Below, in pieces: positions 29,300-43,091 of a stretch of 64,000 nt of DNA. Position numbers and translations under genes: made by a program. The DNA is taken from NCBI GenBank assembly GCA_964016885.1, contig OZ024742.1, positions 61,752,001 through 61,816,000 of the forward strand. The letters are read 5' to 3'. The number at the start of each line of letters is the position of its first letter. Within the stretch, counting starts at the first letter, position 1. Source of the DNA: Eledone cirrhosa. Taxonomy: Eukaryota. The notes below the pieces were generated by a model. It searched no databases. It worked only from the letters and a program-made list of their open reading frames with translations, and had not been told where the DNA came from.

Positions 29300-29850
29300 T
29301 GGCTATCCGCAAACACCTTATGTTTCCTGGGACTATGGATTTAACCTGGAGATGTTCTTTCTCTGATAGGGGCCTGGTAATTTGCTTTATCAATGACCAG
29401 TTTCAATATAATTTGGCACAAGTAACATCGCAGTCATGGCACCGGATTGACAAATGCCTTGTAAGTGAAATTTGGAAGGCGGAAACTGTGTGGTAGCCCG
29501 TTGTAAATATATTTACACATATGCACGCGCACATATATATGCGTGTGTGTCAAGAATACAAGAAATAAACAATGCATTAATATAAAGTCTTATTAGTTTC
29601 AGGCTTAAAAGAAAGTTGTATGTGTGTGTGTGTTTGTGTGTGGGGGGGGTGCTGGGGGGGGGGTCTGTATCTGTGTGTTTGTGTGTTTGTGTTTGTGTCG
29701 ATATTTACATTTACTGTTTGTTTGTCTCGTAACTTAACAGTTCGAACAAAAAGATATAGATGAAATAAGTACTAGTACTGGGAACTGTAAATCCCTTCAA
29801 GGGGGTTCCGCATCATAGCCAAGTTCTTATGACGGAAACAAGTAAAATAA
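29300..29850 (+). mobile_element. Probable degenerate SINE-like repeat containing (GT)n
   Basis: Resembles octopus-type interspersed repeats as I recall them (GGAAACTG..GCCCGTTGTA; ATGACGGAAACAAGTAAAA end); not verified. Confidence 0.35.
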
Positions 29851-30036
29851 AAAATTCTAAACAAAACTTTTTCAGAAAAATTCTATGTTCTAGATATAAA
29901 AAAAAGAAAACTTATCCCTCACCTATAAATAGAATAAAACCAATCATTGACACCATTGTACAGATATGGGTTGACAAGTCAGAATCTTTGATTTTCTATG
30001 ATTGTTCTTGTTTTCGTTGGTATTATTGATATATTT

Positions 30037-30216
30037 TGGCAGTATCGGTAGAGGGTCGGACGCCATGCTTTCCAGCATAGTTACGTCCCTTTACGATCTG
30101 AGTTCAAATCCCGCCGAGGTTGACTTTGCCTTTCATCCTTACGGGGTCGATAAAATAAAGTACCAGTAATGCACTGGGTAATTGCTGGCCTTGTGCCTAA
30201 AGTAGAAACAATTATT
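30037..30216 (+). mobile_element. SINE, same family as 26905
   Basis: Near-identical to 26912-27090. Confidence 0.8.
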
Positions 30217-30601
30217 GATATATTTTGTCTTCTTTCTAATTTTTTCCAAATTTATGCTAATAACGTTTCGCCATGTTTTTTTTTCCTCTTTACAAATCAT
30301 TCTAGAATGAGATAGTGTCAAACAAGTCCTGTATCAGATTAACTATGATAATACATCAATAACTAGGACTCTATCTTCAGGATTACGAACTGCTTCCTTT
30401 GTTGCACTTTCAATTACGAATTTATATACATTTTCAAAAGAACTAAACAAAAATTACCAAAGCTAGCTAACCTAAGGTTTCTTGGTTTAGATTAATTTTA
30501 ATGAAATATTTTTCTAAAGTTTCCTTATATATATGTGTGTGTTGGTGTGGGTGTAAGTGTGTGTATGAGATTGTGTATTTTTACGTATGTATATATGTAT
30601 G

Positions 30602-30669
<68 letters not shown>

Positions 30670-30670
<1 letters not shown>

Positions 30671-33209
30671 TAGCAGAAGTACCCGGCGTTGCCCGGGTGT
30701 AAGTCGACCTTTGGTCTGTTAGAATGTGTGAAAGTTACTTCCCGCGCATCACAGGTTCAAAACTTCGAACTTCAATGAAAGAAAATAGGTTAGTAGACAC
30801 AGGTGTGTAACTTATTAATTGTAGTTACACAGTGTATCGTTGAAATTGTTCTTTGCACGACTGACGGAAGTCAAAATCGCTTGATATTGAATGTTCAGTT
30901 AATTTAAAGCAGGGTGAAAATGTCGATTACTTTCAGGGTTTTTTTTTTATTTTACAATTTTTGCGCTCACATGTGCAGAAGAAGAAATAAAAGGGCCTTT
31001 ATCTTAACCGCGGCATAATGGCGAGTCTTTTGTGACAGTTTTCAAGAATATAGGACGTTCCTGTAAAAAGTTTTCCCATGTGTAACTTTGCCTTGTTTTT
31101 TTGCGCAAAGTCGAGCCCGCTTCAGTTTTATTGACTTTTTACATCAATGCGTAATCTCTGAAGTAGATTTGAGTAGCTAAAAACCTGTCCCGGTAAATTT
31201 GCTATAGGTGAAAAAAAGTTGACCAAAATTGTATCTAGGGTTATTGCCCTTTGCCACAGCCTCAAGCCTCGTCTGACGGGATGTTGGAGATTCCTCCGTC
31301 AGCGCTTGTTGGCGACGAAGGCGAACATTAGCAAGCCTTGTCGTACGTGATGTTGGTGACTCAACCAGCCGGGAAAGACGTCTATCAGTGAGTCGAGATT
31401 CGCGCTCAGCAGGTGTTTCCTAGAGAAAATTAATTAATTCTACTGGTTAGCTAAGCCAATGGCAGTGTCAATAGTAAATGAGAAAAGTCTAACATGAACA
31501 AAAGGGAATCAAGGTAAGACAATAAATTTAATATAACTACGATTAGAATGTTGTAGTTGCTTAAAAGTGGTGACAGTTAGGATAAACGCAGTACTTGCTA
31601 ACATTAAGGGAGAATATTGCATAAAGGATTAATCAATTGTGAATGAACTCATACCTGAGAACGCCTAATTCGTTGTCTCAAAGCAGTAGCTGTACCTTTT
31701 TTGGAGGTAAGTCTTGAACGTTTCCGTGTGGGCATAACGACGTGTAACGAAGCTGTTAGGTTAGAGAGAGGTGATTAAATACAGAGAGAGATGACACCAG
31801 ATTCGTTAGCATGGTTACTGGTGAATGGGAAGGTTTGGAAATATGATTACAATAACTTACCGAAATATGATTACAATAACTTACCGAATTTTTACAATAA
31901 CTTACCAAATTGCACTTAAAATAATTAAATTTAATCAAAAAACAGCTCTGCGCTTTATACTCTGGTGAGCCTTATGTATAAATAATACAATGGTAATCAA
32001 TCACGGCTCTAACAGAAGTAATAGATCTAGATTAAAAATAAAGAAGATAGCATTTTCCTGGTTGGCCTTACACGCCGTTGCGCGGACCTGATTTTAAATG
32101 ATACGCCTTATATCCTGGTGAGCCTTATAGAGCGGAAAATATCTATTGGAAAAGAATACGAATTCATGACCAAGGTGTGACAATATAGGCGTCTATACAG
32201 CGCCTGAAACAAACTTGTCCAAAACCCTAGGATTTTTCTCGTTAAGTATCCACCCAAAAGGAACCGTTTTTTAGTTACAAAAAATAACCAAAGTGTATAG
32301 TAGTTATATTTCTGACATATCATGCCAAAAAGAACAATATATTCAAATAATGTTCTAAAGTACATTCAATCTCTCTTTTTGACCGATATCTTAATAAGCA
32401 AGTTATCGATTTTTTATTAGCTATCAGTGTCTATCTGCATGCAGGTGTGCACGTGTGCGCAATTAATTGCAAATACGCTCATAACATTTAGTCATAAGCA
32501 GAACAAAAAATGCCATTAGAGGTGGGCTAATAATGAAGACACAAACCCTGGTGAACTTACGTTTAAACACCCGAAAAGTTACTCATTTCCTGTGCAAAAG
32601 ACTGTATTATAAATTAAGTAATTTTTTAGAATCTTTTGTTTAAAAAAGGAAAACATTGGTACGGAAATAACATTTTTTACAACTTTGTATGTGTACAATA
32701 CAACTTGGTCAACGTATTATTTAGTAATTTTTTTTTTCAAAAAGCATGATTATTTAAGACTGTTTGAAAATTTACTCACAGCTTTTAGCATCACAAAAGA
32801 CACCATTAAATTTGGTTCCCTTTTCAGATAGGGATAATACTGTATTTCCACTTGAATAAGGTGGAATATGAAAAGATAAACTCTTTAATGGTCGGTCGTT
32901 TACTGAGATAGCTGGGAAGACATGAAGTTGGCCGTCCAATCAATAACGCACGTCCTTATATGGGCATATGAAATTTATTTTTATTGCGCCAGATGTAAAC
33001 TAAGAGTTCTTGTGTTCGAATTCACATAAAATTTCATTGGAATCGAAAAACATTCTGTCATAGGGCCCGATTATCGATTTTTCGAAAATTTCAAGTAGCC
33101 TATTCCACTCTACGCGTTGAGTTTTATATATATGTGAGGTTTCATGAAAATTGGATGAACAGTGTAGCATGCAAGTAGGGAACACCAAACAATGTCCATC
33201 TTCCCTTTA

Positions 33210-33215
<6 letters not shown>
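30670..33215 (-). mobile_element. Non-autonomous Helitron-like element; right boundary uncertain
   Basis: Minus-strand 3' end: hairpin ACCCGG-GCAACG-CCGGGT, then 7 nt, then CTAG|T in (TA)n. The 5' TC end could not be placed unambiguously. Confidence 0.6.
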
Positions 33216-33283
<68 letters not shown>

Positions 33284-33318
33284 ATATAAGATCAAAAGAT
33301 GGTTAAAAGAATTCCAAG

Positions 33319-33389
33319 TATTTTATTATGCGCATTTCAAAAACAAATATCATCATGAGATGATATCTGCGTTTTCATCAGATAAAATA
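33319..33389 (-). ncRNA. Type I hammerhead ribozyme with intact core
   Basis: Stem I TATTTTAT/ATAAAATA; CTGATGA; long stem II CAGATATCATC/GATGATATTTG; GAAA-TGCGCA-TA (palindromic stem III). Confidence 0.88.
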
Positions 33390-33472
33390 GGGATATATGA
33401 TATGAAGGTTAAAAAACACTTGTGAATAGTGAAGTTTTAAATCAACATATAAAACTCACCTCCTACATATAT

Positions 33473-33766
33473 ATATCAGTCTGTCACTCATAGAGAAAAG
33501 AGAGATAGAGATAGATAGAGAGATAGAGAGAGAGAGAGTGGGGGAGAGAATGAGAAAGAGAGGGAGTGAGGGAGGGTTAGAAAAGTATTGTTGAACACAC
33601 AAGCTGAAACCGATTGGCGTCACAGCCGATATTTTACACATGCCTTGTCGCTCTCACCCTCCTTCACTCCCTCTCTTTCTTATTATCTCCCCCACTCTCT
33701 CTCTCTCTCTTTATATCTGTCTATCTATCTCTATCTCTCTTTTCTCTATGAGTGACAGATTGATAT
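33473..33766. repeat. Inverted repeat with ~110-bp (GA/TC)-rich arms
   Basis: 33473-33581 versus 33652-33766; a related single copy ends near 38190-38220. Confidence 0.75.
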
Positions 33767-33873
33767 TTCCGTGTTCCGACCTGCGGTCGGGATTTTACCT
33801 ATGTCTATACCCACACTGCATCACCCCATGCATTGAATACATCCGTTGGTTTCAGCACCGCAAACTATACATA

Positions 33874-33934
<61 letters not shown>

Positions 33935-35720
33935 ATTTATCTTCTTCGCCCACATATTCATGAGAGGGTCGTGGGGCAGAGTTCTCAAACACTCCTTCCA
34001 GTGGGTCCTGTCAGAAGCAACCGTCTCCAACTACCCGGCTGGATCCCCAAGCGAGACCAGTCAAGCTCATGGATATTAACCAACCATTTTGCTCGGGGTC
34101 TACCCCTGGGTCTCCTGCCGGTTGGTTTTGCACGTAAAATCTGTCCAGTGATTCTTTCCTGATACATTCTAACCACATGTCCATAGTATCGGAGCTGTAA
34201 TCTCTGAATTCGGAAAACATTCTGTTCTCCGAGGTACACACTCTATCTCTATCGAGTAACGTTACTCCAAAGACCTTCAGAGAAACCCTATTCGACCGCT
34301 TGTATTTGCGATTGTAATTTTTCTGTCATTACCCAAAATTCATGACCGCAGGTAAGTGTTGGCACGAATACCGAATTGAAGATAACAAGTTTGGCTTTTA
34401 CGCCTACCTCCTTTCTTCTGATTACCGAATGTTGAAACTGGCGCATCACTGCACCAGCTCCTGCAGTTTTTGTACTTAAATCAGCCTCTTACTTTCCATC
34501 ATTCGTGAACACTTTTCGACTTGCTTCAGTGGAACTAAATTCACATGTAAATTGCACTGCGCAGGCTTCATTGAGAGGACGAGTATCTCAGTTTTTGTAG
34601 CACTGATTTTCATTCCAACCATGCAGCACTCAGTATCAAATCTATCAAGTGCATGTCGGAGATACCCTTCTAAATAACACCATGTCGTCTGCAAATTCCA
34701 GCCAACTGATTTTACACCTGCTAATCATGATACCACTCCAACCAGGCTGCGCAGGTCAATCCTGTTCGTGTAAATAATGAACAGGAGAGGTGACAGTACA
34801 CACCCTTGGCGGAGTCCGACTGCTACATTGAATGGTTTCGATTTAGCACCATTAATCCAAGCACAAATACTCGGGCATTCATGTAGAAACATCAGAGCAG
34901 CAAGTAGCCATCGATCCCACAATCGATCTCACACTCCTACAGAACCTTCCACAGCGGGTCATGAGGAACGCGATCATATGTCTTTTCAATATCGACAAAA
35001 CAAGAATATACATCTTGGCAATACTCCCACGATTTCTTGAAGACCTGTCGCAGTGTGAATATTTGGTCGGCTTTGCTGTGTCCTGGGCGAAAGCCGCAGT
35101 GTTTATCAGCTCGACAATCTCCCTGCATCTCTTTGCCAGACAGCTATCATAGACTTTGTTTGGGAGGCTTAACAAGGAAACTCCTCTGTAATTGGGAAAC
35201 TCTCCCTTGTCTACCTTTTTGAAAATTGGGATTATCACTCCCGATTGCCATTGCTTAGGTGCCTATCCAGAGATCCAAGCACCGGGCACACACGAGTCAA
35301 CCAGAAAATACCTTCTCTTGTTAAGGCTTTTAACATCTCAGGCTGGATTTCCTCTTCCCCAGTGGCCATGCCACATCTGATCTCTTTAACTGTTCTTGTG
35401 ATTTCAGCCTCTGAGAGATTAGTCACGGCTCCCAAATGCACCTCGTGTACATCGGAAGATGCTGTTGTGATAGGATTTAGTAGATCAGCAAAGTATTCTC
35501 TCTACCTCGCAAGGATGCAACTCTCTGAAGAGAGAAGTCAGACGCGTTATTGATAGCAGGTTTGGAGGAGGGTTTCTTATTACGAAGCCAGCTGATGGTA
35601 TGCCAGAACACTTTATTTGCTGATCTGAAGGCGGATTCCAGCTTGACCCCAATTTCCTCTCATATCTAAACTTTGGACGCCTTTACTGTCTCTCTACTGC
35701 GAATTTTCGTGCCTGCTTGT
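33935..35720 (-). mobile_element. RTE-clade LINE (Rex3/Expander-like), 5'-truncated and degenerate
   Basis: NYRGVSLLS, CGFRPG..DQIFTLRQ, FVDIEKTYDRV, GLRQGCVLSPLLF, LRYYGHVVRM, GRRPRGRPR. Confidence 0.88.
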
Positions 35721-36068
35721 ATGTCCACCAGATATGATAGCTAGTTGCGATATAAGCGGTCAACTGCCGGACGAATAAGCAACCCCGAACTAACAGCGGT
35801 AAACTACTAGATGTGACACTTGTGGCTCTCAAGTAAACTCTCACAACGCAAAGGCGGAGCTATGAGGAGATGCGTAAAGGCCGACCGTAAAAAAGCTTAG
35901 TCGTCGAGTGTTTGACAAAGAATCGGATTGGTGACTGGTGCGAATAAGACCACCGGAACTGCAATTGCAATATTGTAAGGAAAATAAAAAAAAGAACGAC
36001 TTATGGGATGAACGCAAACCTTGTGGGAAGAGGGCAAACCTTGACAATTGGAACATACATTCATATAA

Positions 36069-36357
<289 letters not shown>

Positions 36358-36358
<1 letters not shown>

Positions 36359-36415
36359 GTTTCGCTATTGATCAGCTACAGAATCAGCTCTGGAATCAAA
36401 AGCTCGTCGGACCTC
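36358..36415 (-). ncRNA. Truncated HHR of the 16314 family
   Basis: GAGGT-CCGACGA-GCTTTTGAT..ATCAATAGC-GAAACG, then the junction with the SINE. Confidence 0.5.
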
Positions 36416-36710
36416 TGCTATGGTAATGACAGAATGAACCTTTTATTATTATAATTACGCCCGGTTTAGTTCATTACCGACTGGAAACTAAGCATCAAGT
36501 GCTCACTCGGTGAACCTAAAGTAACTGCACGTTACACTCCCTATATATATATACTGTAAAGGTTTTAAGGGACGCTTTTCTCGGCCCATTGAGCTTTACA
36601 GAAATAGCATAACCACATAGAAGACCACAACGAGGTTGTCGATAAAAAGTGGGAATCCAAGACTGGTTGCGGCTGAACCTGACAACCCTGATATATACCC
36701 TATATATACA

Positions 36711-36749
<39 letters not shown>

Positions 36750-37547
36750 GTGCCGCTTTACTATACTCTTGCGTCTTTGGCTCTTTCCAATAGAGAATAA
36801 AGTAAAGAAATACAGAAACAAATAGAATGATTACCCATCCACCCCACAAAAAAACTTTTCAAAAATATCTAATGTGCTTTGCTTGTAAAATCTATTTACG
36901 TTTGGGGCTGTGTTATTCTTTTTTTTTTTTTTAGTATTATTTTTTTTTTATTGCAATGTTTTCAAATATTTTAATTTTTTTCTCTTTCAATTCTTTCCTT
37001 TCTTTCAATTTTTTCCCTTCCTTTCTTTCACACCGGTTTGATTTACTCTATTTGAAATCAATAAACATTGTGGAAGAGAGATGAAGAGAGGGTGAAAAAG
37101 ATTTTTTTTCTTCTTAGACCGTATTCAGGGAAAAAATATTCATTACACTTAGTATTTCTTTCTCTCGCCTAAAAATACCGCTTCAAAGAAGATGTAGCAA
37201 GAAGCGAACGAACCAACGGCGGCCATTGAAAACATAGCTTAGACTCATTTGATCGATAATATATAGTTAGAAGAAGCGTTGTTGACTCTCTTAATCTCCT
37301 AAAATGAAATTCAATAGCGATAACCGATTTGGATCAATTAAATCACCACCATTGTAAATAGGTTGGAAAATAAAATAAAATAAAAGATATCCCTGAGTAT
37401 ATTATAGATTGTTTGTTGAACAGTTCGCAGTGGCAATAGACAAAAAACAATAATAATAAAAACAACTGAAGAATTGGTAATGATATATATTTATAACTTA
37501 TATATGTACGTATATAATCATACATGCATATCTATAGAAATATATAC

Positions 37548-37616
<69 letters not shown>

Positions 37617-37807
37617 AATATATATATGTATATATGTATACATATATATATACATATATATATGTGTGTGTGTGTGTGTGTGTATATAGAATACAGAATA
37701 CATAAAAATATATATATATGTGTGTGTGTGTATTTATGTATATATATATGTGTATATATATAACTGATATCATTCAGAAGACTGGTCTCTCTCTCACTCT
37801 CACTCTT

Positions 37808-37883
<76 letters not shown>

Positions 37884-37996
37884 TACATACATACACGTTT
37901 GTGTCCATCTGGCACTCTTATCTTGAGTTCTCTATTTATTTGAGGGGGAAAAGTCACTTTAAATTAGCAATATACATATATATGTCTGTACGTATG

Positions 37997-38063
<67 letters not shown>

Positions 38064-38146
38064 ATGCATATATGTATATATATATATACATATATGAATA
38101 TAAAATATATCCGATGCTCTTTCTCTTTCTTTCTCTCACAAACTTC

Positions 38147-38193
<47 letters not shown>

Positions 38194-38432
38194 CATAAGT
38201 GATAGATTGATATTTCAGTGAACGGAACTACAAAGCGATCAGCTTAATAAATGATATTCCCTGTAGATCGCCAATAATTTTGACGTGACGAAGCAAACGA
38301 AATGCGAGATTCATTCATTGCAACAATATTATTGGTATTTGATTATTATGTTTATTGCTTTGAACGATAATCGAACGTTCTTTAACTATGGTTGCTGCCT
38401 TTCTCAAGTCACCCTACGCATTCTCACACACA

Positions 38433-38556
<124 letters not shown>

Positions 38557-38612
38557 GTGTGTGTGTGCGTGTGCGTGTGTGTGCGTGTGTGTGTACGCGT
38601 ATGTGCGTACAC

Positions 38613-38650
<38 letters not shown>

Positions 38651-38779
38651 AAGTTATATTTAAAATTGTTGGGTTACAACTAGTAAATATTTATAACTGA
38701 TATAAAAGCACTCGACAAATATTTGGAGTATATTTACAATATTAAATAAATGGAAAACTATATTTATAAAACCATATTT

Positions 38780-38843
38780 ATTTCATTATATATATTTCGG
38801 GGATATCATATTAACAATATGCTATGCCTTCATCAGACAAAAT
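38780..38843 (-). ncRNA. Type I hammerhead ribozyme
   Basis: ATTTTGT-CTGATGA-stem II-GAAA-TATATA-TA-ATGAAAT. Confidence 0.8.
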
Positions 38844-39000
38844 ACAATATAAACAGTTTTATAGATAAATATATTCGACATACCGTAATAAACATCAACT
38901 TCATTTGGAGAGGTTTACGCTAGCAGTAAACCTCTCCAAATGAAGTTGATGTTTATTACGGTATGTCGAATATATTTATCTATAAAACTGTTTATATTGT

Positions 39001-39064
39001 ATTTTGACTGATGAAGGCATAGCATATTGTTAATATGATATCCCCGAAATATATATAATGAAAT
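39001..39064 (+). ncRNA. Type I hammerhead ribozyme (other arm)
   Basis: ATTTTGA-CTGATGA-stem II-GAAA-TATATA-TA-ATGAAAT. Confidence 0.78.
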
Positions 39065-39103
39065 AAATATGGTTTTATAAATATAGTTTTCCATTTATTT
39101 AAT

Positions 39104-39149
<46 letters not shown>

Positions 39150-39440
39150 AACAAATAACGAAACGAAATTAAATTTCGTTTCGTTTGTAACTCACTTTTG
39201 TATGACTGACGCTTAAACAATTAAGTTAAAAATGTACATCTACATATTCATACTGAAATACTAGTGTGTATATGAATACACACACGTATACATATGCAGA
39301 TGTAACAAGTCTTTCACTGGTTGCTTTACTGTGAGCAACCCAGCTATTCTGTATGTAAACACACAGACAAACCGGTTTTTAGAGTCATACTGGTTTTCGA
39401 GGAAACACCTTCCCTCTATTCTCCAGAAAGCCAGACAAGG

Positions 39441-39485
39441 AATATTGAACTAGTTTCGTTGTTGTTACAACTCATCAGCAATATT
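39441..39485 (-). ncRNA. Type I hammerhead ribozyme, intact
   Basis: AATATTG-CTGATGA-GTTGT(AACA)ACAAC-GAAA-CTAG-TT-CAATATT. Confidence 0.92.
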
Positions 39486-40257
39486 TACCTATCTACCGGC
39501 CTTTCTGGAGAATTGTAAAAGCACATATCGTTATATGCTTTTTCTATGAAAATTAGTAGTGGGCAGACTAATTTGCATAGAGTGTGAGTACGCACCGGTT
39601 CAGCGGAGACGATAAAAACAAATAACGAAACGAAATTAAATTTCGTTTCGTTTGTAACTCACTTTTGTATGACTGACGCTTAAACAATTAAGTTAAAAAT
39701 GTACATCTACATATGCATACTGAAATACTAGTGTGTATATGAATACACACACGTATACATATGCAGATGTAACAAGTCTTTCACTGGTTGCTTTACTGTG
39801 AGCAACCCAGCTATTCTGTATGTAAACACACAGACAAACCGGTTTTTTTCTGGAGAATAGACAGAAGGTGTTTCCTCGAAAACCAGTATGACTCTAAAAA
39901 CCGGTTTGTCTGTGTGTTTACATACAGAATAGCTGGGTTGCTCACAGTAAAGCAACCAGTGAAAGACTTGTTACATCTGCATATGTATACGTGTGTGTAT
40001 TCATATACACACTAGTATTTCAGTATGCATATGTAGATGTACATTTTTAACTTAATTGTTTAAGCGTCAGTCATACAAAAGTGAGTTACAAACGAAACGA
40101 AATTTAATTTCGTTTCGTTATTTGTTTTTATCGTCTCCGCTGAACCGGTGCGTACTCACACTCTATGCAAATTAGTCTGCCCACTACTAATTTTCATAGA
40201 AAAAGCATATAACGATATGTGCTTTTACAATTCTCCAGAAAGGCCGGTAGATAGGTA

Positions 40258-40302
40258 AATATTGCTGATGAGTTGTAACAACAACGAAACTAGTTCAATA
40301 TT
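40258..40302 (+). ncRNA. Type I hammerhead ribozyme, intact
   Basis: Identical to the 39441 motif; predicted GUU cleavage after 40295; stem I extends via TTCTCCAGAAAG/CTTTCTGGAGAA. Confidence 0.92.
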
Positions 40303-40944
40303 CCTTGTCTGGCTTTCTGGAGAATAGAGGGGAGGTGTTTCCTCGAAAACCAGTATGACTCTAAAAACCGGTTTGTCTGTGTGTTTACATACAGAATAGC
40401 TGGGTTGCTCACAGTAAAGCAGCCAGTGAAAGACTTGTTACATCTGCATATGTATACGTGTGTGTATTCATATACACACTAGTATTTCAGTATGCATATG
40501 TAGATGTACATTTTTAACTTAATTGTATATATATACATATATACATATATACCGTTTCTAACCCTAATTCCAGATTGGGGATAAAACTGCTCACTGTGAA
40601 AGAGCCGTCTCGTCAGGGCTGTGGCCCTAGGTGATTGCCGTGCGAGTCAATGAATAAGCGGCCAGGAAAAGAAAATTGGATCATTAAAGGCTATTAATAA
40701 ATATTCTAGTATCAATTGTTTATGTTTTTTATATTCTCTGGGAGTAGTTCTGTGTGTGTGTGTGTGGTCAGAGAATTTAGCAAGTCAGAGAATTTAGCAA
40801 GCCAACTCCCAGGCGCCAAACCGGTACTGCCGCCACGAACAAATCACGTACACAGCCGTACCTACACCCACACAATCACCCAAGTGTATATTTTATGTCT
40901 CTCGACAAAAGTACCTACTTTTTTAGTTTTTTTTAGCGATCACA

Positions 40945-41157
40945 ATGGTACGGACACGTGACAAGATCTTCAGGGCTTGCCAAGACTGTAATGCAGGGAA
41001 CAGTACAAGGAGGAAGGACGAGAGGAAGACAGAAAAAGAGATGACAGGACAACCCACGAAATGGATGAGGCTGGGTGCAATGGAAGGAGCTGGTTGCCAG
41101 GTCATCTGTGGCGCCCCAACGGTCTACCAGACTATGGGACAGATAGATAGATAGAAA
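40945..41157 (+). mobile_element. RTE LINE extreme 3' fragment with a (GATA)n tail
   Basis: GLAKTVMQGTVQGG..RGRQKKR motif. Confidence 0.6.
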
Positions 41158-41324
41158 TGATTACCGACCAGCTTGACGATATTGTGATTGCTGCTATTGT
41201 TATTTCCACTGTGTATGTCTTTTGCGTAGTGACCTGGTGAATGCAGTTGTGCTAAAACTTATTTGTGCGTTGTATTACGAGCGTATGTGTGTATTTTAGA
41301 AACAGATTTACTTCTATGATGTGT

Positions 41325-42540
41325 TATTCATTTATTTATTTATTCAATTTAAACGTCCGTATAGAGCTAGTAAGCCATGACAGACGAGGGGAAATATCGA
41401 GTACTCCTTGCAGTTGGTAATCAAAAAGAGCTAGAGAGAAAAGTAATAAAAAAGAAAAAAGAATAAAACTAAAAATTAAAATAACAATTTTTAAAAAAGG
41501 GAAAAAAATAAAATGACAAAAATAAATGTTTAACTATTGAAGGCCAATAGGAGGCTGATTATGTCTAAGAAAACTAAAAAGAAAAGAGGAAACAAGGGAA
41601 GCTGTAAAACAGCTAGACGTTTCTGTTGTTGAATCTTTTCCTAGCTTCCATGTAGTCAAAGATTTTCTTTATATTTGGTAAAGCTGTAATACTGAACTTC
41701 TAATCTTGGTAGTTTTTTAAAGATTTATTTCAGTATGGCCTCTATCTCAGATTGAAAGTTTCTACATTGAAACAAATAGTGCCTAAGAGTTTCTGGAGAG
41801 TTACCACAAGAACATAGAGGTGAATCTCTACGACCTGTTCTTGATACAATGTAGTTAAAATGTATATGTCCAGTTTGACGCCAGCAGAGTCTTTTTTTAT
41901 TTGTATTACTCAATGATCGATAAGTTTTGATGTTATCAAATCTGGTTGAGAAAGTGGGGGATGGAAGTTTGTAAGCTTATTTCTAGATTCTTCTCAAAAT
42001 GTTTCCCACCCTTAACTAATTATTTGTTTGCTAAATGATTTTATCTGCGAAAGATTTGGGATGTAGTCTTTATCTATTATTTCCCTTTCTGCTTTCCTAT
42101 TTCCTCTAATATCTGTTTGGCCTGGTTTCCAAATCACTGTTATTTCTTTATTGTTTTCTAAGAGGTAGTTATCTATTTTTAGCCGAGGTTTCTCAATATT
42201 TCTAACTCGACCCCTTTTTCTTGACTGAAGCAGTTCTAGGTTCGATAGACAATCAGTAAATAGAAAACCATTTTTTCCAGGGCAATTCCTTAGCTGAATC
42301 TATGGATAATGTAATTCCCCCACCATTCTGCATCAAATATAGTGTAATCTCGATGTAATTTGAAGTTCATATCTTTATAATTATTTTTAAAAGACCAAGT
42401 GGCTCCACATCATATTCTCTTGTCTGAATGTGCCCCATCTATATAGCAGACCTAGCTGTTAAAAGACATTGACTGTATAATAGTGTTATGGAGTTCTTTT
42501 GCTTCCTCGTTTGTGTTTTTGATCATTGTTTAGTATCAGA
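41325..42540 (-). mobile_element. I-group LINE 3' fragment (RNase H and CCHC finger), very degenerate
   Basis: YIDG.., IFDAE, FTD, WKPG..IRGN (RNase H); RQTGH..SPLCSCGNSPETLRHYLFQC; (AATA)n tail. Confidence 0.7.
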
Positions 42541-42986
42541 GATCCATGTGTATGTGTATAAGGGTGTGTGTTGGTGGGTGTTATTGGTATGTTTTGCGGT
42601 GTAGCTTATGTGTACATCATTTTAAATGGTAAGCAAATTTATATATATATAGCTGTGATCATTTGTTCATGCACATGTATGGGTGAGTGTTGTTAGTTAG
42701 GTAAGGATTGTAGTGTTGTTCATGTGTACTCTATGTAGTGTGTTGGTCAGGTGTTGACATGCGTGTGTCGAAATGTTGTGGGTGCGTATATGTGTGTGAC
42801 ACTGTTTATGAAAGTACAGCTCTTTCATAGCAGGTAGTTTTATCCGCACTCTGGAATTAGCTGTCGAAACGGCACGAGCTCAACCGTTGAGTCCCGAATC
42901 TCTAATATAGTTACACTCTATTATCCCAAATATCGTGCACTCTTCTTAATAATGGTCTTAAAACTGGTAAAATCCAGATCTCTCTC

Positions 42987-43091
<105 letters not shown>

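Larger units (their letters stand above)
38648..39109. mobile_element. Foldback of the 3' end of the first Penelope-like family (184-bp arms, 7-nt spacer)
   Basis: 38735-38918 is inverted at 38926-39109; homologous to 2740-3005; (TA)n on both sides. Confidence 0.85.
39148..40526. mobile_element. Retrozyme-like non-coding element: 467-bp HHR monomer, about 1.5 tandem copies in each orientation
   Basis: Direct-repeat period of 467 bp (39321/39788 and 39850/40317); inversion junction at about 39847; one HHR per monomer; (TA)n on both flanks. Confidence 0.85.

Noticed and set aside
33283-33292. Helitron 5' TC end at ATAAGAT
   Set aside because: It is equally explained as the 3' end of the adjacent HHR-bearing fragment, so the boundary is left open.
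33473-33766. MITE with 110-bp TIRs
   Set aside because: A related copy near 38190-38220 appears to continue past the supposed TIR end, so it is more likely a foldback fragment of a longer repeat.
39321-40015. Three ORFs starting MLYCEQPSYSVCKH
   Set aside because: They are by-products of the tandem/inverted 467-bp repeat, with TTG starts and no recognisable domain.
39148-40526. CRISPR-like or MITE interpretation of the repeats
   Set aside because: There is no short repeat-spacer periodicity. The arms are unequal and permuted, not terminal inverted repeats.
42845-42895. GAAA-CGG..CCG-TT-GAGT half-hammerhead
   Set aside because: The CUGANGA box is not recognisable.
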